37,881 nt of DNA. Source: Elusimicrobiota bacterium. Its GTDB lineage: Bacteria; Elusimicrobiota; Elusimicrobia; F11. The stretch is from the NCBI GenBank assembly GCA_046153645.1, contig JBJXGI010000017.1, forward strand, positions 1 to 37,881. Reading direction: 5' to 3'. Below the pieces are notes generated by a model. It searched no databases and had not been told where the DNA came from. It saw nothing but the letters and a program-made list of their open reading frames with translations. Below are positions 17,726 through 26,925 of this stretch, one piece after another (positions within the stretch are counted from its first letter, which is position 1; every line of letters begins with the position of its first letter). Position numbers and translations under genes: made by a program.

Positions 17726-18421
17726 TCAAGTTCCTGGTAAGTATCGATATCCAATTCTTTCAACAGTTTCAATTCGGTTTTCGTAGGGGGTTAGTTTTTT
17801 TCGTAGACGACCTACGTGGACATCCACTGTTCTGGTACTACCCACCAATTCATGACCCCAAACTGTTTCGCAAAGAACTTCTCTGGTTAAAACACCATTT
17901 TTAGAACGCATGAGAGCGACCAATAGGTCGAATTCTTTCGGGGATAGGTCTACGGTTTTTTTATCTACTTCTAGGCGGTGTTGATCGAGGAAGAGTTTTA
18001 TTCCCGCATCTTCTATCAATATCTGAGTTGATTCTTTTGGTTTGCTTCTTCTTAAAACAGCTTTAATGCGAGCAAGAAATTCTCCTTGGTTAAAAGGTTT
18101 AACAATATAGTCATCCGCACCCATTTCAAGGCCGGTAATTTTATAGGAATCTACCGACTGAACGGTTAACATGACAATCGGAAAGTTTGATGTTATTGGA
18201 TTGGCCTTTAATTTTCGAATAATTCCAAAACCATCATCGTCAGGAAGTTGTAAGTCTAGAATAACTAAGTTTGGCTTAAAGTTTGGGACCTTTTTCATGA
18301 ACTCTTCTGCAGTTGAGGCAGAGTCGACATTAAACCCTTCTCTTTGTAAAACAGTTTCAACCAATCGCCGAATATCCGGATCATCATCAACAATGAGAAT
18401 TTTTTGTTTTACTTCTGCCAT
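17726..18421 (-). CDS. OmpR/PhoB-family response regulator
   Basis: REC domain (ILIVDDD, LVILDLQLP, GADDYIVKPF) plus winged helix (LSPKEFDLL, RTVDVHVGRLRKKL). Confidence 0.96.
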   Translation of the reverse strand: MAEVKQKILIVDDDPDIRRLVETVLQREGFNVDSASTAEEFMKKVPNFKPNLVILDLQLPDDDGFGIIRKLKANPITSNFPIVMLTVQSVDSYKITGLEMGADDYIVKPFNQGEFLARIKAVLRRSKPKESTQILIEDAGIKLFLDQHRLEVDKKTVDLSPKEFDLLVALMRSKNGVLTREVLCETVWGHELVGSTRTVDVHVGRLRKKLTPYENRIETVERIGYRYLPGT

Positions 18422-18445
18422 GTGGCCCCCTTGCCCTTATCTAAG

Positions 18446-19918
18446 TTACTGCTTTATTTTATCTGTGTACCGAGGAACTGTGAAGTGAAAAGCTGTTCCT
18501 TTTCCCCATGAAGCGGGGCTTTTAATCCAAATTTTTCCACCGTGGGCTTCAACAATTCCTTTTGTAATAGTAAGGCCAAGCCCCGTTCCTTTGTGTTTTC
18601 GTGCATATCCTTGGTTGGATTTAACCTGTTCAAATTTATTGAAAAGCTTATTAATCATATCAGGAGGAATCCCTACTCCGGTGTCTTCTAATATTAATTC
18701 AATGAAATGATCAGAAAGAGTACAGATGAGCTGAATTTTTCCTCCTTCTGGGCTAAATTTAATCGCATTAGAAGTTAAATTAATGAGAACTTCTGCCATT
18801 TTTTCTTTATCAGTATAAGAAATGATACCTTCTCTTGGGATGTTATTTTCAAAAGTGATTTTCTTTTCATCTAATTGTGGTTTAAATAATACCTGCATTT
18901 CATGTCCGAGATCAAAAAGATTTTGAAGTTCAGGAGTTAAAACCAATTTGTGCGCCTCAATTTTCGCGACATCTAAAAGATTGTCAATAAACCGACTTAA
19001 GCGAACAGAGCTGTTTTTTATCACAGAAAGGTAATCTTTTTGGAGATCGGTTAACGCTCCCCCTGCTCCTTGGAGCAGGAGATCCATATAACCTCGAATA
19101 GATGTCATGGGGGATCTCAATTCATGTGTGACGTTCGAAACGAAATCCCGCTTCATTTCATCAAGCTCGCTTAATTTATGAGCCATTAAATTGAAGTCAT
19201 CCGCTAATTCTTGAAGTTCATCTCCGGTTGAAACTTGAATCCGGTGATCTAATTTTCCTTCGCCAATTTTTTGGGCACCTTCTTTTAATATTTCAATGGG
19301 GCGTGTGATAAAGCTGGCGAGTAAAAATGCACCAATAATTCCGATAAAAAAAGCCAACCCAAAAGCTTTCAGGAGACGTTTGTCTGTTTGTTGAAGGGAA
19401 GTATTAATTTCTTGATCAATAACACTTTTATCAAAACCAATGCGAGCCACTCCTTTATAGGTTGAATCAAACCCCACATAAATAGGAATAGACATATCAA
19501 TAATATTGTGACCATCGGTGGTTTTAAAATTTTGCGTTAATATTTGTTCTCTTTCTTTGTTGGTGAAAGTTTTTTCGCTCTCCGAGTCTTTCAGGGTTTG
19601 GCCAATTAAGTTGGCATCATTGTGAACGCGAATACTGCCGTCTTCATTTACAACCATCGCATAAGAAATATTCAAAGACTTTCTTAAGAGGTTGAGATAG
19701 TTAATCATGTAAGTATCGTCGTCCATGAGAATGGCTTCTCTGGCCACTAATCTTAAGGCTTTCACTGTTTCTCGATGGGAACTTTCAAGCCCTTCGACAA
19801 TAGCCCTTCTTTGGCCAGTGCGGACGTAATAACTAAGACTGCTCGTTACCAAAACCACCAGCAAAGACGCGAAAAAAACCAACTTTGTTTTTAATGAAGA
19901 TCTTTTTTTATTAGTCAT
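18446..19918 (-). CDS. Membrane sensor histidine kinase (2 TM, extracytoplasmic sensor, HAMP, HisKA, HATPase)
   Basis: Two hydrophobic segments, HAMP (TRPIEILKEG...DELQELADDFNLM), H-box THELRSPM, N-box NLTSNAIKF, and G-boxes DTGVGI and GTGLGL. Confidence 0.96.
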   Translation of the reverse strand: MTNKKRSSLKTKLVFFASLLVVLVTSSLSYYVRTGQRRAIVEGLESSHRETVKALRLVAREAILMDDDTYMINYLNLLRKSLNISYAMVVNEDGSIRVHNDANLIGQTLKDSESEKTFTNKEREQILTQNFKTTDGHNIIDMSIPIYVGFDSTYKGVARIGFDKSVIDQEINTSLQQTDKRLLKAFGLAFFIGIIGAFLLASFITRPIEILKEGAQKIGEGKLDHRIQVSTGDELQELADDFNLMAHKLSELDEMKRDFVSNVTHELRSPMTSIRGYMDLLLQGAGGALTDLQKDYLSVIKNSSVRLSRFIDNLLDVAKIEAHKLVLTPELQNLFDLGHEMQVLFKPQLDEKKITFENNIPREGIISYTDKEKMAEVLINLTSNAIKFSPEGGKIQLICTLSDHFIELILEDTGVGIPPDMINKLFNKFEQVKSNQGYARKHKGTGLGLTITKGIVEAHGGKIWIKSPASWGKGTAFHFTVPRYTDKIKQ

Positions 19919-20014
19919 TTAGATAATAAGGATGGTATATGAAAAGGATATTGGAAAGGTTTTTTTTAAAAAACATAGTGAAATTTCAGCACATTCACTT
20001 AACACTTACAATCT

Positions 20015-20944
20015 ATGAAAATAGAATCCCTCAAAAAACACCGGGCCAGGATATTGGCTGTAGACAATGACGAGACCTCTCAAAAACAGCTGAAAATGAT
20101 TTTAAATGAGGAAGGTTGTGATGTTCATATTTTAAAAGCAGATGAAACGGCATCCAAGCAAGTTGATGAAAACCCTCCCGATATGATTTTAGTTAACCCT
20201 CATAATACGCATCATGATGGACTTCGTTTTTTATGGGATTTTAGGCAGAAAAATAATAGTAGAGGTGCGTTTATTCCTGTTATTTTTTTAACTCCGTTTA
20301 AAGATCAAAGTCGTTATGAAAAAACTTTTTGGGATAGTATGGACGATTTTGTTTCCGATCTTAATAATCCTCAAGAGTTAACAATGCGTGTAAGAAACCT
20401 TTTGAAAGTTCAAGAGTTTTATCGTCGCTCACAATTTTTGTCAACTCATGACGCGTTGACCAAATGTTATAACCGGCCATTTTTGATTGATTTTTTAAAC
20501 CGTTCTTTTGAGAGATACAAAAGATTCAATGAGCCGGTGACTTGTTTAAGAATTGAAATAGGAGGAGTTGGGGTAATCAACGATCAGTTAGGGCATGAAT
20601 CCGGAGATCATCTTATTCGGCAAGTTGGTTTTGCCCTCCAAGATTTTTTTAGGGCTGTTGATTGCATCTCTCGATGGGGTGGGGACGATTTTACTGTTTT
20701 GCTCCCTGACTGCAATATCGGAGATATTCCCAGTATTCAGGAAAGATGGGGCCGTTTTATTGAAAAGTTTTATGACCAATTGGGTTTTCCTCCCAATTTA
20801 AAAGAAATCATTAAATTAAGTGTAGGTGTTGCTTCGCTTCCTTGGCATACGCGCGAAAGAGATGACCTTTTTAAATTGGCGGATCGTTCCATGGAGCAAG
20901 CCAGAATGGAGAAAAAACCGGGTTTTGTTATTTCCAAAATATGA
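20015..20944 (+). CDS. REC-GGDEF protein with degenerate motifs (GGDDF; RxxD I-site intact)
   Basis: N-terminal receiver-like domain, HDALTKCYNR, INDQLGHESGD, RAVDCISRWGGDDF and LSVGVA. Confidence 0.88.
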   Translation: MKIESLKKHRARILAVDNDETSQKQLKMILNEEGCDVHILKADETASKQVDENPPDMILVNPHNTHHDGLRFLWDFRQKNNSRGAFIPVIFLTPFKDQSRYEKTFWDSMDDFVSDLNNPQELTMRVRNLLKVQEFYRRSQFLSTHDALTKCYNRPFLIDFLNRSFERYKRFNEPVTCLRIEIGGVGVINDQLGHESGDHLIRQVGFALQDFFRAVDCISRWGGDDFTVLLPDCNIGDIPSIQERWGRFIEKFYDQLGFPPNLKEIIKLSVGVASLPWHTRERDDLFKLADRSMEQARMEKKPGFVISKI

Positions 20945-20972
20945 TTGAAAAACAGTGTCAAACCTTTATACT
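20945..20972 (+). promoter_or_regulatory. Putative sigma70 promoter TTGAAA-N16-TATACT upstream of the ATPase
   Basis: Both hexamers match consensus at 5/6. The -10 ends 11 nt before the ATG at 20984. Confidence 0.45.
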
Positions 20973-20983
20973 GGAAATAGATT

Positions 20984-22717
20984 ATGGCTTCTAACCCCGC
21001 ACCCATTGGACGAAAAACCATCAAGGATATTTTCCTTGAACATAAATTATTGGCGGCAGAAGAATTAGAAAAGGCCGCTGCCGAATCAAAATCTTCCCAA
21101 AAACCCCTGCAACAAGTTGTTGTTGACCTGAAAATGGTTGACCGCGTTGACGTATTACAAGTTCTTTCCAAGGAGTGGAGAGTCAGAGCGGTTGATTTGG
21201 CCGAAATGGATGTTGACCCAGATGTTGTAAAAGTGGTTTCAGAACAAAATGCCCGAAGACATTTTGCTATTCCTTTTGCGAAAGAAGATAAAGTTTTACT
21301 GGTCGCGATGGCTGATCCGAGAGACTTTTTTAGTTCCGAAGACATCCATTTGAGAACGGGATTTGACGTGCAAAGTTATTTGGCTTTGCCCGAAGATATT
21401 TTAAGAGAGTTGAATAAAGTGTACGGCGTTACAGCAGGTGTGAGCGCTGAGGACATGGTAAAGGGAATTTCCGAACAAATCCCAGGTGATGACGGCGGAA
21501 TTTCTCTGGAAAAAATTGAGGAATCAGTAGATGTTACTGAGGTTGACGCTTCCGCGCCTGAAGTAGAAAGAATTGTTAATGCGGTCATTGTTGGCGCACT
21601 TCAAGCGAAAGCATCAGATATTCATATAGAACCTTTTGAAACGAAGTTTATTGTTCGTTACCGCGTTGATGGTATTTTAAGAGAGGCCGCATTCCAAATT
21701 CCGATGTCCTACCGTAATGCTGTTATTGCAAAAATTAAAATTATGACCAATCAAATGGATATTACCGAACGTCGTAAACCCCAAGACGGGCGTATCCAAG
21801 TGAACGCGAAAGGGAATCCTGTTGAATTTCGTGTCAATATTCTTCCAACGGTGTTTGGAGAATCTTGTGTTATGCGTGTGTTAGATAGGGCCAGCGTCCG
21901 TGTGGATATGAACAAATTGGGGTTTCATCCAGAATTATTGGAAAGATTTAATGCTGTTATTCGAAAACCCTATGGGTTGGTACTCGTTTGTGGGCCGACA
22001 GGTTCGGGTAAGTCAACCACGCTTTATGCGGCGCTTAATTCTATTAATGATCCTGAGACCAAAATTTTAACGGCTGAAAATCCTGTTGAATATAACCTTC
22101 CTGGAATTGTCCAAGTTAATATAAATACGGATATTGGTTTTACGTTCCCTGACGCGCTTCGTTCATTTTTAAGGCAAGACCCTGACATTATTATGGTCGG
22201 AGAAATACGTGATAAAGAAACGGCTCAAATTGCGATGGAAGCGGCGATGACAGGGCATATGGTGTTCTCTACTATTCACACCAACGATGCGCCTTCTGCA
22301 GTGGCGCGTTTACATGAAATGGGAGTTCCTAGTTTTCTTATCAGTGGAACTGTAGAAGGTGTTTTGGCTCAGCGTTTGGTAAGACGCGTTTGTTCTCAGT
22401 GTGCCAAACCCGTGCAAGCTGATGATTTGTCTAAAAAATTATTTGATGAATATAAAGTCGATATTTCTAAAGCCAAACTGATGAAGGGCAAAGGTTGCGA
22501 CCTTTGCAATAAGACTGGTTATAAAGGAAGAGCCGGTATTCATGAATTGTTAGTGATGGATAGTGACATTCGCCGGTTGTTAACGGATGAAGTGTCCTCT
22601 AGTCCTATTAGAGATTTGGCTGTCAAAAATGGAATGCGCCTTATGATTGTAGACGGCCTCATTAAGGTTGCTCAAGGGGTCACAACGACGGATGAAATTG
22701 TGGCGGCCACTCAATAA
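20984..22717 (+). CDS. PilB/GspE (PulE)-family type IV pilus / type II secretion assembly ATPase
   Basis: ASDIHIEP, PQDGR, Walker A GPTGSGKST, LRQDPDIIMVGEIRD, His box GHMVFSTIHTND, tetracysteine CSQC...CDLC and an N-terminal extension. Confidence 0.95.
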   Translation: MASNPAPIGRKTIKDIFLEHKLLAAEELEKAAAESKSSQKPLQQVVVDLKMVDRVDVLQVLSKEWRVRAVDLAEMDVDPDVVKVVSEQNARRHFAIPFAKEDKVLLVAMADPRDFFSSEDIHLRTGFDVQSYLALPEDILRELNKVYGVTAGVSAEDMVKGISEQIPGDDGGISLEKIEESVDVTEVDASAPEVERIVNAVIVGALQAKASDIHIEPFETKFIVRYRVDGILREAAFQIPMSYRNAVIAKIKIMTNQMDITERRKPQDGRIQVNAKGNPVEFRVNILPTVFGESCVMRVLDRASVRVDMNKLGFHPELLERFNAVIRKPYGLVLVCGPTGSGKSTTLYAALNSINDPETKILTAENPVEYNLPGIVQVNINTDIGFTFPDALRSFLRQDPDIIMVGEIRDKETAQIAMEAAMTGHMVFSTIHTNDAPSAVARLHEMGVPSFLISGTVEGVLAQRLVRRVCSQCAKPVQADDLSKKLFDEYKVDISKAKLMKGKGCDLCNKTGYKGRAGIHELLVMDSDIRRLLTDEVSSSPIRDLAVKNGMRLMIVDGLIKVAQGVTTTDEIVAATQ

Positions 22718-22718
22718 T

Positions 22719-23783
22719 ATGGAAGAAATGAGCCCAACCCCATCGAATGATATTTTTGAATTGGCGCGAGTTCTTTGTTCGATTCGAGATGTTGATAATT
22801 TGCTCGCTGAAATATCAGCCGCGGTAGAAAGAATGACGCAATCGGAAGCTGCCTCTATTTTGCTATTGGATCCAGAAAAACAACAATTGGTTTTTAGAGT
22901 AGCAACAGGAGAAAAAGGATCCTCTGTTAAGAAATTTTATGTTCCCATTGGAAAAGGTGTTGCCGGATGGGTTGCTGAGAAATCAGAAGCCGTGATCGTC
23001 AATGATGTTTTACGAGACACTCGATTCACGGGACAAATTGATAAATCAAGTGGGTTTTCTACTAAGTCTATTTTAGCTGTTCCTATGATTGCCAATGGCG
23101 AACTCATTGGCGTATGTGAGGCACTGAACAAAAAGTCTGGAGAGTACTCAAAAGTTGATCGACAGACATTAGAAAATTTGTCTGCCCTTGCGGCCGCCAC
23201 CATTAATAATGCCCGTATGGCAGAAGACTATAAAAACTTTTTTACTCACACCATTGAGATTATCACCATGGCCATTGAAGGCAATGATTCAAATAAAACG
23301 GGTCATTCCTATCGTGTGGCGGAACTGTCTTGCCGAATTGGGCGTGAGCTTGGATTTGAAGGGAATAAATATCGCGATTTGTATTATGCGGCGATTTTGC
23401 ATGATATTGGGATGGTGGCTCTTCATGATTTACGATATTTACCAAATGTTCTGAGTAAAACCATTGAACGGACGCCTGAAAAGCTTCACCCTCTTGTTGG
23501 TGCTGAGCTCGTAAAAAATATTAAGTTATTAGCTGATATTGCTCCTATTATTCTTCATCATCATGAGCACTTTGATGGAACAGGGCATCCCAACGGTTTG
23601 GTTGGAGATGATATTCCTTTGGCCAGCAGAGTTATTTGCCTAGTAGAGCATTTAGACGAGCATCATATGCGGGGGTTGGTAGGGGAAGAGTACATTCAAG
23701 CTTGTGAAAAAACCGCGATAGAAGGGTCTGGATCTAAGTTTGATAAAGCAGTGGTTGACGTTTACCTCTCCCTTCCTCATTAA
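22719..23783 (+). CDS. GAF + HD-GYP-like domain protein
   Basis: The likely start is ATG 22719, 1 nt after the ATPase stop. GAF domain (GKGVAGWV, TKSILAVPM, LNKK) followed by GHSYRVA, LHDIG and HHEHFDGTGHP. Confidence 0.88.
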   Translation: MEEMSPTPSNDIFELARVLCSIRDVDNLLAEISAAVERMTQSEAASILLLDPEKQQLVFRVATGEKGSSVKKFYVPIGKGVAGWVAEKSEAVIVNDVLRDTRFTGQIDKSSGFSTKSILAVPMIANGELIGVCEALNKKSGEYSKVDRQTLENLSALAAATINNARMAEDYKNFFTHTIEIITMAIEGNDSNKTGHSYRVAELSCRIGRELGFEGNKYRDLYYAAILHDIGMVALHDLRYLPNVLSKTIERTPEKLHPLVGAELVKNIKLLADIAPIILHHHEHFDGTGHPNGLVGDDIPLASRVICLVEHLDEHHMRGLVGEEYIQACEKTAIEGSGSKFDKAVVDVYLSLPH

Positions 23784-23810
23784 GAATCCCCTGTTTCGCC
23801 TGGGATAATT

Positions 23811-23845
23811 TTGACTCTTGCTATCCAATAAGGTTATGCTATAAT
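23811..23845 (+). promoter_or_regulatory. sigma70 promoter of the rpsB operon
   Basis: TTGCTA (23818-23823)-N16-TATAAT (23840-23845) with an extended TGn. An overlapping alternative is TTGACT-N18-TATGCT. Confidence 0.7.
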
Positions 23846-23944
23846 CCTCACCTCGTTTTGTATGAAGAGTCTATCCTGCCTATGGTTGATCGACTTTCTT
23901 TCCGCAAGTGAGATTACAATTATATTTAAGGAGATTGCCGTTTA

Positions 23945-24751
23945 ATGAGTAATAATACGACACCGACTGCCACAACTGAACCAGCCATTTCAATGAAATC
24001 TTTGTTGGAGGCAGGTGTTCATTTTGGACATCAAACACATCGCTGGAATCCTAAAATGGCCCGATATATTTACGGTAGCCGTAACAATATTCACATTATT
24101 GATCTCCAGAAAACCGTCAGAGAATTAAAAAAAGCCCTCATTTTTATTAAATCACTTGCTCTCAATGGAAAAGACATTCTCTATGTCGGCACTAAAAAGC
24201 AAGCGCAAGAAGCGGTTATCAATGAAGCCATTCGTTCCAAATCTCCTTTTGTTGCTGAAAGGTGGTTAGGCGGAACCCTCACTAATTTTGAAACCATTCG
24301 TCGCTCATCCAAAAGATTGGCTGACTTAGAGGAATTAAGGGTGAAGGGCATATTAGATGCGCTCTCCAAAAAAGAAAAAGCCATGCGTGAAAAAGATATT
24401 AAACGTTTGGCCAAATCTCTTATGGGAATTAAAGATATGAAAGAGCTCCCTGCCTGCTTATTTATTATTGATCCTTCCAATGAAATGACAGCTATTGCTG
24501 AAGGGCGAAAAATCGGAATTCCGATTGTCGCTATTTGCGATACCAACACTGACCCCGATTTAATTGATTACCCCATTCCAGGAAATGATGATGCCATTCG
24601 TGCTATTCGCTTGATCACCAGCCTTGTTTCCGATTCAATTATTCAAGGCCGACAGGAAATTAATATGGAATTAGCTGTTCAAGATGACGCTGCAGCTTCT
24701 CCTGAACAAAATCCTGAAGCTGAGAATGAAACAGTTTCAACCAACGCTTAA
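23945..24751 (+). CDS. rpsB: 30S ribosomal protein S2
   Basis: [33 protein letters not shown] and PGNDDA. Confidence 0.99.
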   Translation: MSNNTTPTATTEPAISMKSLLEAGVHFGHQTHRWNPKMARYIYGSRNNIHIIDLQKTVRELKKALIFIKSLALNGKDILYVGTKKQAQEAVINEAIRSKSPFVAERWLGGTLTNFETIRRSSKRLADLEELRVKGILDALSKKEKAMREKDIKRLAKSLMGIKDMKELPACLFIIDPSNEMTAIAEGRKIGIPIVAICDTNTDPDLIDYPIPGNDDAIRAIRLITSLVSDSIIQGRQEINMELAVQDDAAASPEQNPEAENETVSTNA

Positions 24752-24775
24752 TTTAAATCTATTTGGACGGTACTT

Positions 24776-25630
24776 ATGACACAATCTACTGAAGTCAAAG
24801 CAACAGACGTACAAAAACTTCGCCAGACGACTGGCGCAGGAATGATGGAATGTAAAAAAGCTTTGCAAGACGCAAGTGGTGACTTTGAAAAAGCCATTCA
24901 ACTTTTAAGAGAAAGAGGCATTGCCAAATCTTCCAAAAGAGCTGACCGCGCCGCCGCAGAAGGAATTATTGATTTTTGGATTTCACCTGATCAGAAAGAG
25001 GGTATTCTCCTTGAATTAAATTGTGAAACAGATTTTGTCGCTCGAAATAGTGAATTTATCAACCTCGCCAAGTATTATTTAGGTTATGTTCAGTCAAATT
25101 CTCAAATTACCACTGCCGAGCAAATTCCCATAGAAAAATTAGAAGAGTTTTCAGGCAAAGTGGGTGAAAAAATGGGGATTAGACGTTTTGTCCGATTCCG
25201 TACAAATTCTGGCATTGTTGCTCCTTATATTCATTCAGGGTCAAAATTAGGCGTGTTGGTCCAGATTGACTCAAATAAGGGTGTAACCTCTGAATTGTCT
25301 TTATTATCAAAAGAAATTACCTTACAAATTGCCGGTGCTAACCCACTTTATCTCACCAAAGATGAAGTTCCTCAGGAAATTTTAGAACGAGAAAAAGACA
25401 TTGCTAAAAAGCAAATGGCCGATCAAAAGAAACCACCAGAGATTTTAGAGAAGATTGCTGTTGGAAAACTTCAACAATTTTTTGATGCTAACTGTTTAGT
25501 TGATCAGCCGCATATCAAAGACGGTTCTGGCAAAACAAAAATGAAAGATCTCGTTGAGGCCACTCAACAGAAAGAAGGATCTCAAATCAAAATTATTAAG
25601 TTTGTTCGCTTTCGGGTCGGAGCTGAGTAA
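24776..25630 (+). CDS. tsf: Elongation factor Ts
   Basis: LRQTTGAGMMECKKAL and ELNCETDFVA; follows rpsB. Confidence 0.99.
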   Translation: MTQSTEVKATDVQKLRQTTGAGMMECKKALQDASGDFEKAIQLLRERGIAKSSKRADRAAAEGIIDFWISPDQKEGILLELNCETDFVARNSEFINLAKYYLGYVQSNSQITTAEQIPIEKLEEFSGKVGEKMGIRRFVRFRTNSGIVAPYIHSGSKLGVLVQIDSNKGVTSELSLLSKEITLQIAGANPLYLTKDEVPQEILEREKDIAKKQMADQKKPPEILEKIAVGKLQQFFDANCLVDQPHIKDGSGKTKMKDLVEATQQKEGSQIKIIKFVRFRVGAE

Positions 25631-25648
25631 GCTTCGTTATTCCCGCCA

Positions 25649-26350
25649 ATGAAGCGAATTGTACTTAAGCTTTCAGGCGAAGCTCTCCTCGCAGAAAAGG
25701 GGTCTGGAATTAGTCTCCAGAGTCTTTTTAGAATTGCCGAAGAAATTAAAGCGGCTTTCAATCGATCTATTCAACTTGGTATTGTTGTCGGTGGTGGTAA
25801 TATTTGGCGTGGCGCACGCGATCAGGGGTTGGGTCTAGAACGGGCTATTTCTGATAATATGGGCATGTTGGCCACTCTCATCAATGCTTTAGCCATGCAA
25901 AATGTATTAGAGCAAATTGGTGTTACTACTCGGGTCATGTCGGCCATTCCTGTTTCTCACGTTTCCGAACCTTATATTAGAAGAAGAGCTATTCGTCATA
26001 TGGAAAAAGGGCGAATTGTCGTTTTTGCTGCCGGTACGGGCAATCCTTATTTTAGTACCGATACCGCCGCTGCTCTTCGCGCTTCTGAAATAGGCGCTTC
26101 TTTGCTTTTAAAAGCAACTCAAGTTGACGGCGTGTATACTGGCGATCCCAAAAAAAGTAAAAAAGTGAAATTGTATAAGCGAGTGACTCTGACCGAGGCG
26201 ATTCAACAGCGATTGGGAGTCATGGATACAACAGCACTCGCCCTTTGCCGTGAAAACAACCTTTCAATTAGAGTTTTTAATTTACATAAACCTCATAACA
26301 TTACCCAAGCATTAAAGGGTAAAGATGTGGGGACATTAGTGACGCCTTAA
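25649..26350 (+). CDS. pyrH: UMP kinase
   Basis: LKLSGEAL, VGGGNIWRG and GTGNPYFSTDTAAALRA. Confidence 0.99.
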   Translation: MKRIVLKLSGEALLAEKGSGISLQSLFRIAEEIKAAFNRSIQLGIVVGGGNIWRGARDQGLGLERAISDNMGMLATLINALAMQNVLEQIGVTTRVMSAIPVSHVSEPYIRRRAIRHMEKGRIVVFAAGTGNPYFSTDTAAALRASEIGASLLLKATQVDGVYTGDPKKSKKVKLYKRVTLTEAIQQRLGVMDTTALALCRENNLSIRVFNLHKPHNITQALKGKDVGTLVTP

Positions 26351-26364
26351 CCCGGAGGATTTCT

Positions 26365-26925
26365 GTGCCAATTCAAGATATTTTTTCTCAAACTGAAAAT
26401 ATTATGAAAAAAACGATTGAGAAGTTGCTTGTTGATTTGTCAACTGTACGGACAGGGCGGGCTTCCCCTACTTTGTTGGATCCTGTTCGTGTTCCTTATT
26501 ATGGTTCGACAGTCCCTGTTAGTCAGGTTGGGAATATTGTTGTCGCAGATGCAAGAACCATTGAAATTCGCCCCTGGGATGTCAAGGTTCTGCACGATTT
26601 AGAAAAAGCTATTATTGCGGCGAACATAGGGGTTAATCCTAATTCTGATGGAAAAATAATGCGATTGGTTTTTCCGCCGCTCACCGAAGAGCGACGTCGT
26701 GACCTTGTTAAACTTGTTAAAAAAATTGCGGAAGATTTTAAAGTTTCCTTAAGAAATGAGCGACGGGATGCCATTGAACAGGTGAAAACATTAGAAAAGA
26801 ACAAAGAAATCACGCTTGATCAGAAAAAACAAGCTGAAGAGAAAGTCCAACATCTGACAGATGCGTCCATCAAAAAAATTGATGAAATCGTTGTTCTGAA
26901 GGAAAAAGAAATTCTTGAAGTTTAA
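26365..26925 (+). CDS. frr: Ribosome recycling factor
   Basis: VRTGRASP and PPLTEERRRDLVK; GGAGG SD before the GTG start. Confidence 0.99.
   Translation: MPIQDIFSQTENIMKKTIEKLLVDLSTVRTGRASPTLLDPVRVPYYGSTVPVSQVGNIVVADARTIEIRPWDVKVLHDLEKAIIAANIGVNPNSDGKIMRLVFPPLTEERRRDLVKLVKKIAEDFKVSLRNERRDAIEQVKTLEKNKEITLDQKKQAEEKVQHLTDASIKKIDEIVVLKEKEILEV

Noticed and set aside
19919..20014. -10-like hexamers immediately before the kinase and GGDEF start codons
   Set aside because: They are only 2-4 nt from the ATG, too close for leaderless initiation, and are expected by chance in AT-rich DNA.
20770..21345. 191-aa antisense ORF and other antisense ORFs in the signalling and housekeeping genes
   Set aside because: They lie opposite well-supported genes and have no motifs.
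22668..22718. TTG-started extension of the GAF-HD gene
   Set aside because: It overlaps the ATPase 3' end. ATG 22719, right after the stop, is more plausible.
23846..23944. rpsB leader as an S2 autoregulatory RNA
   Set aside because: The position fits, but I could not identify a convincing conserved structure by eye.
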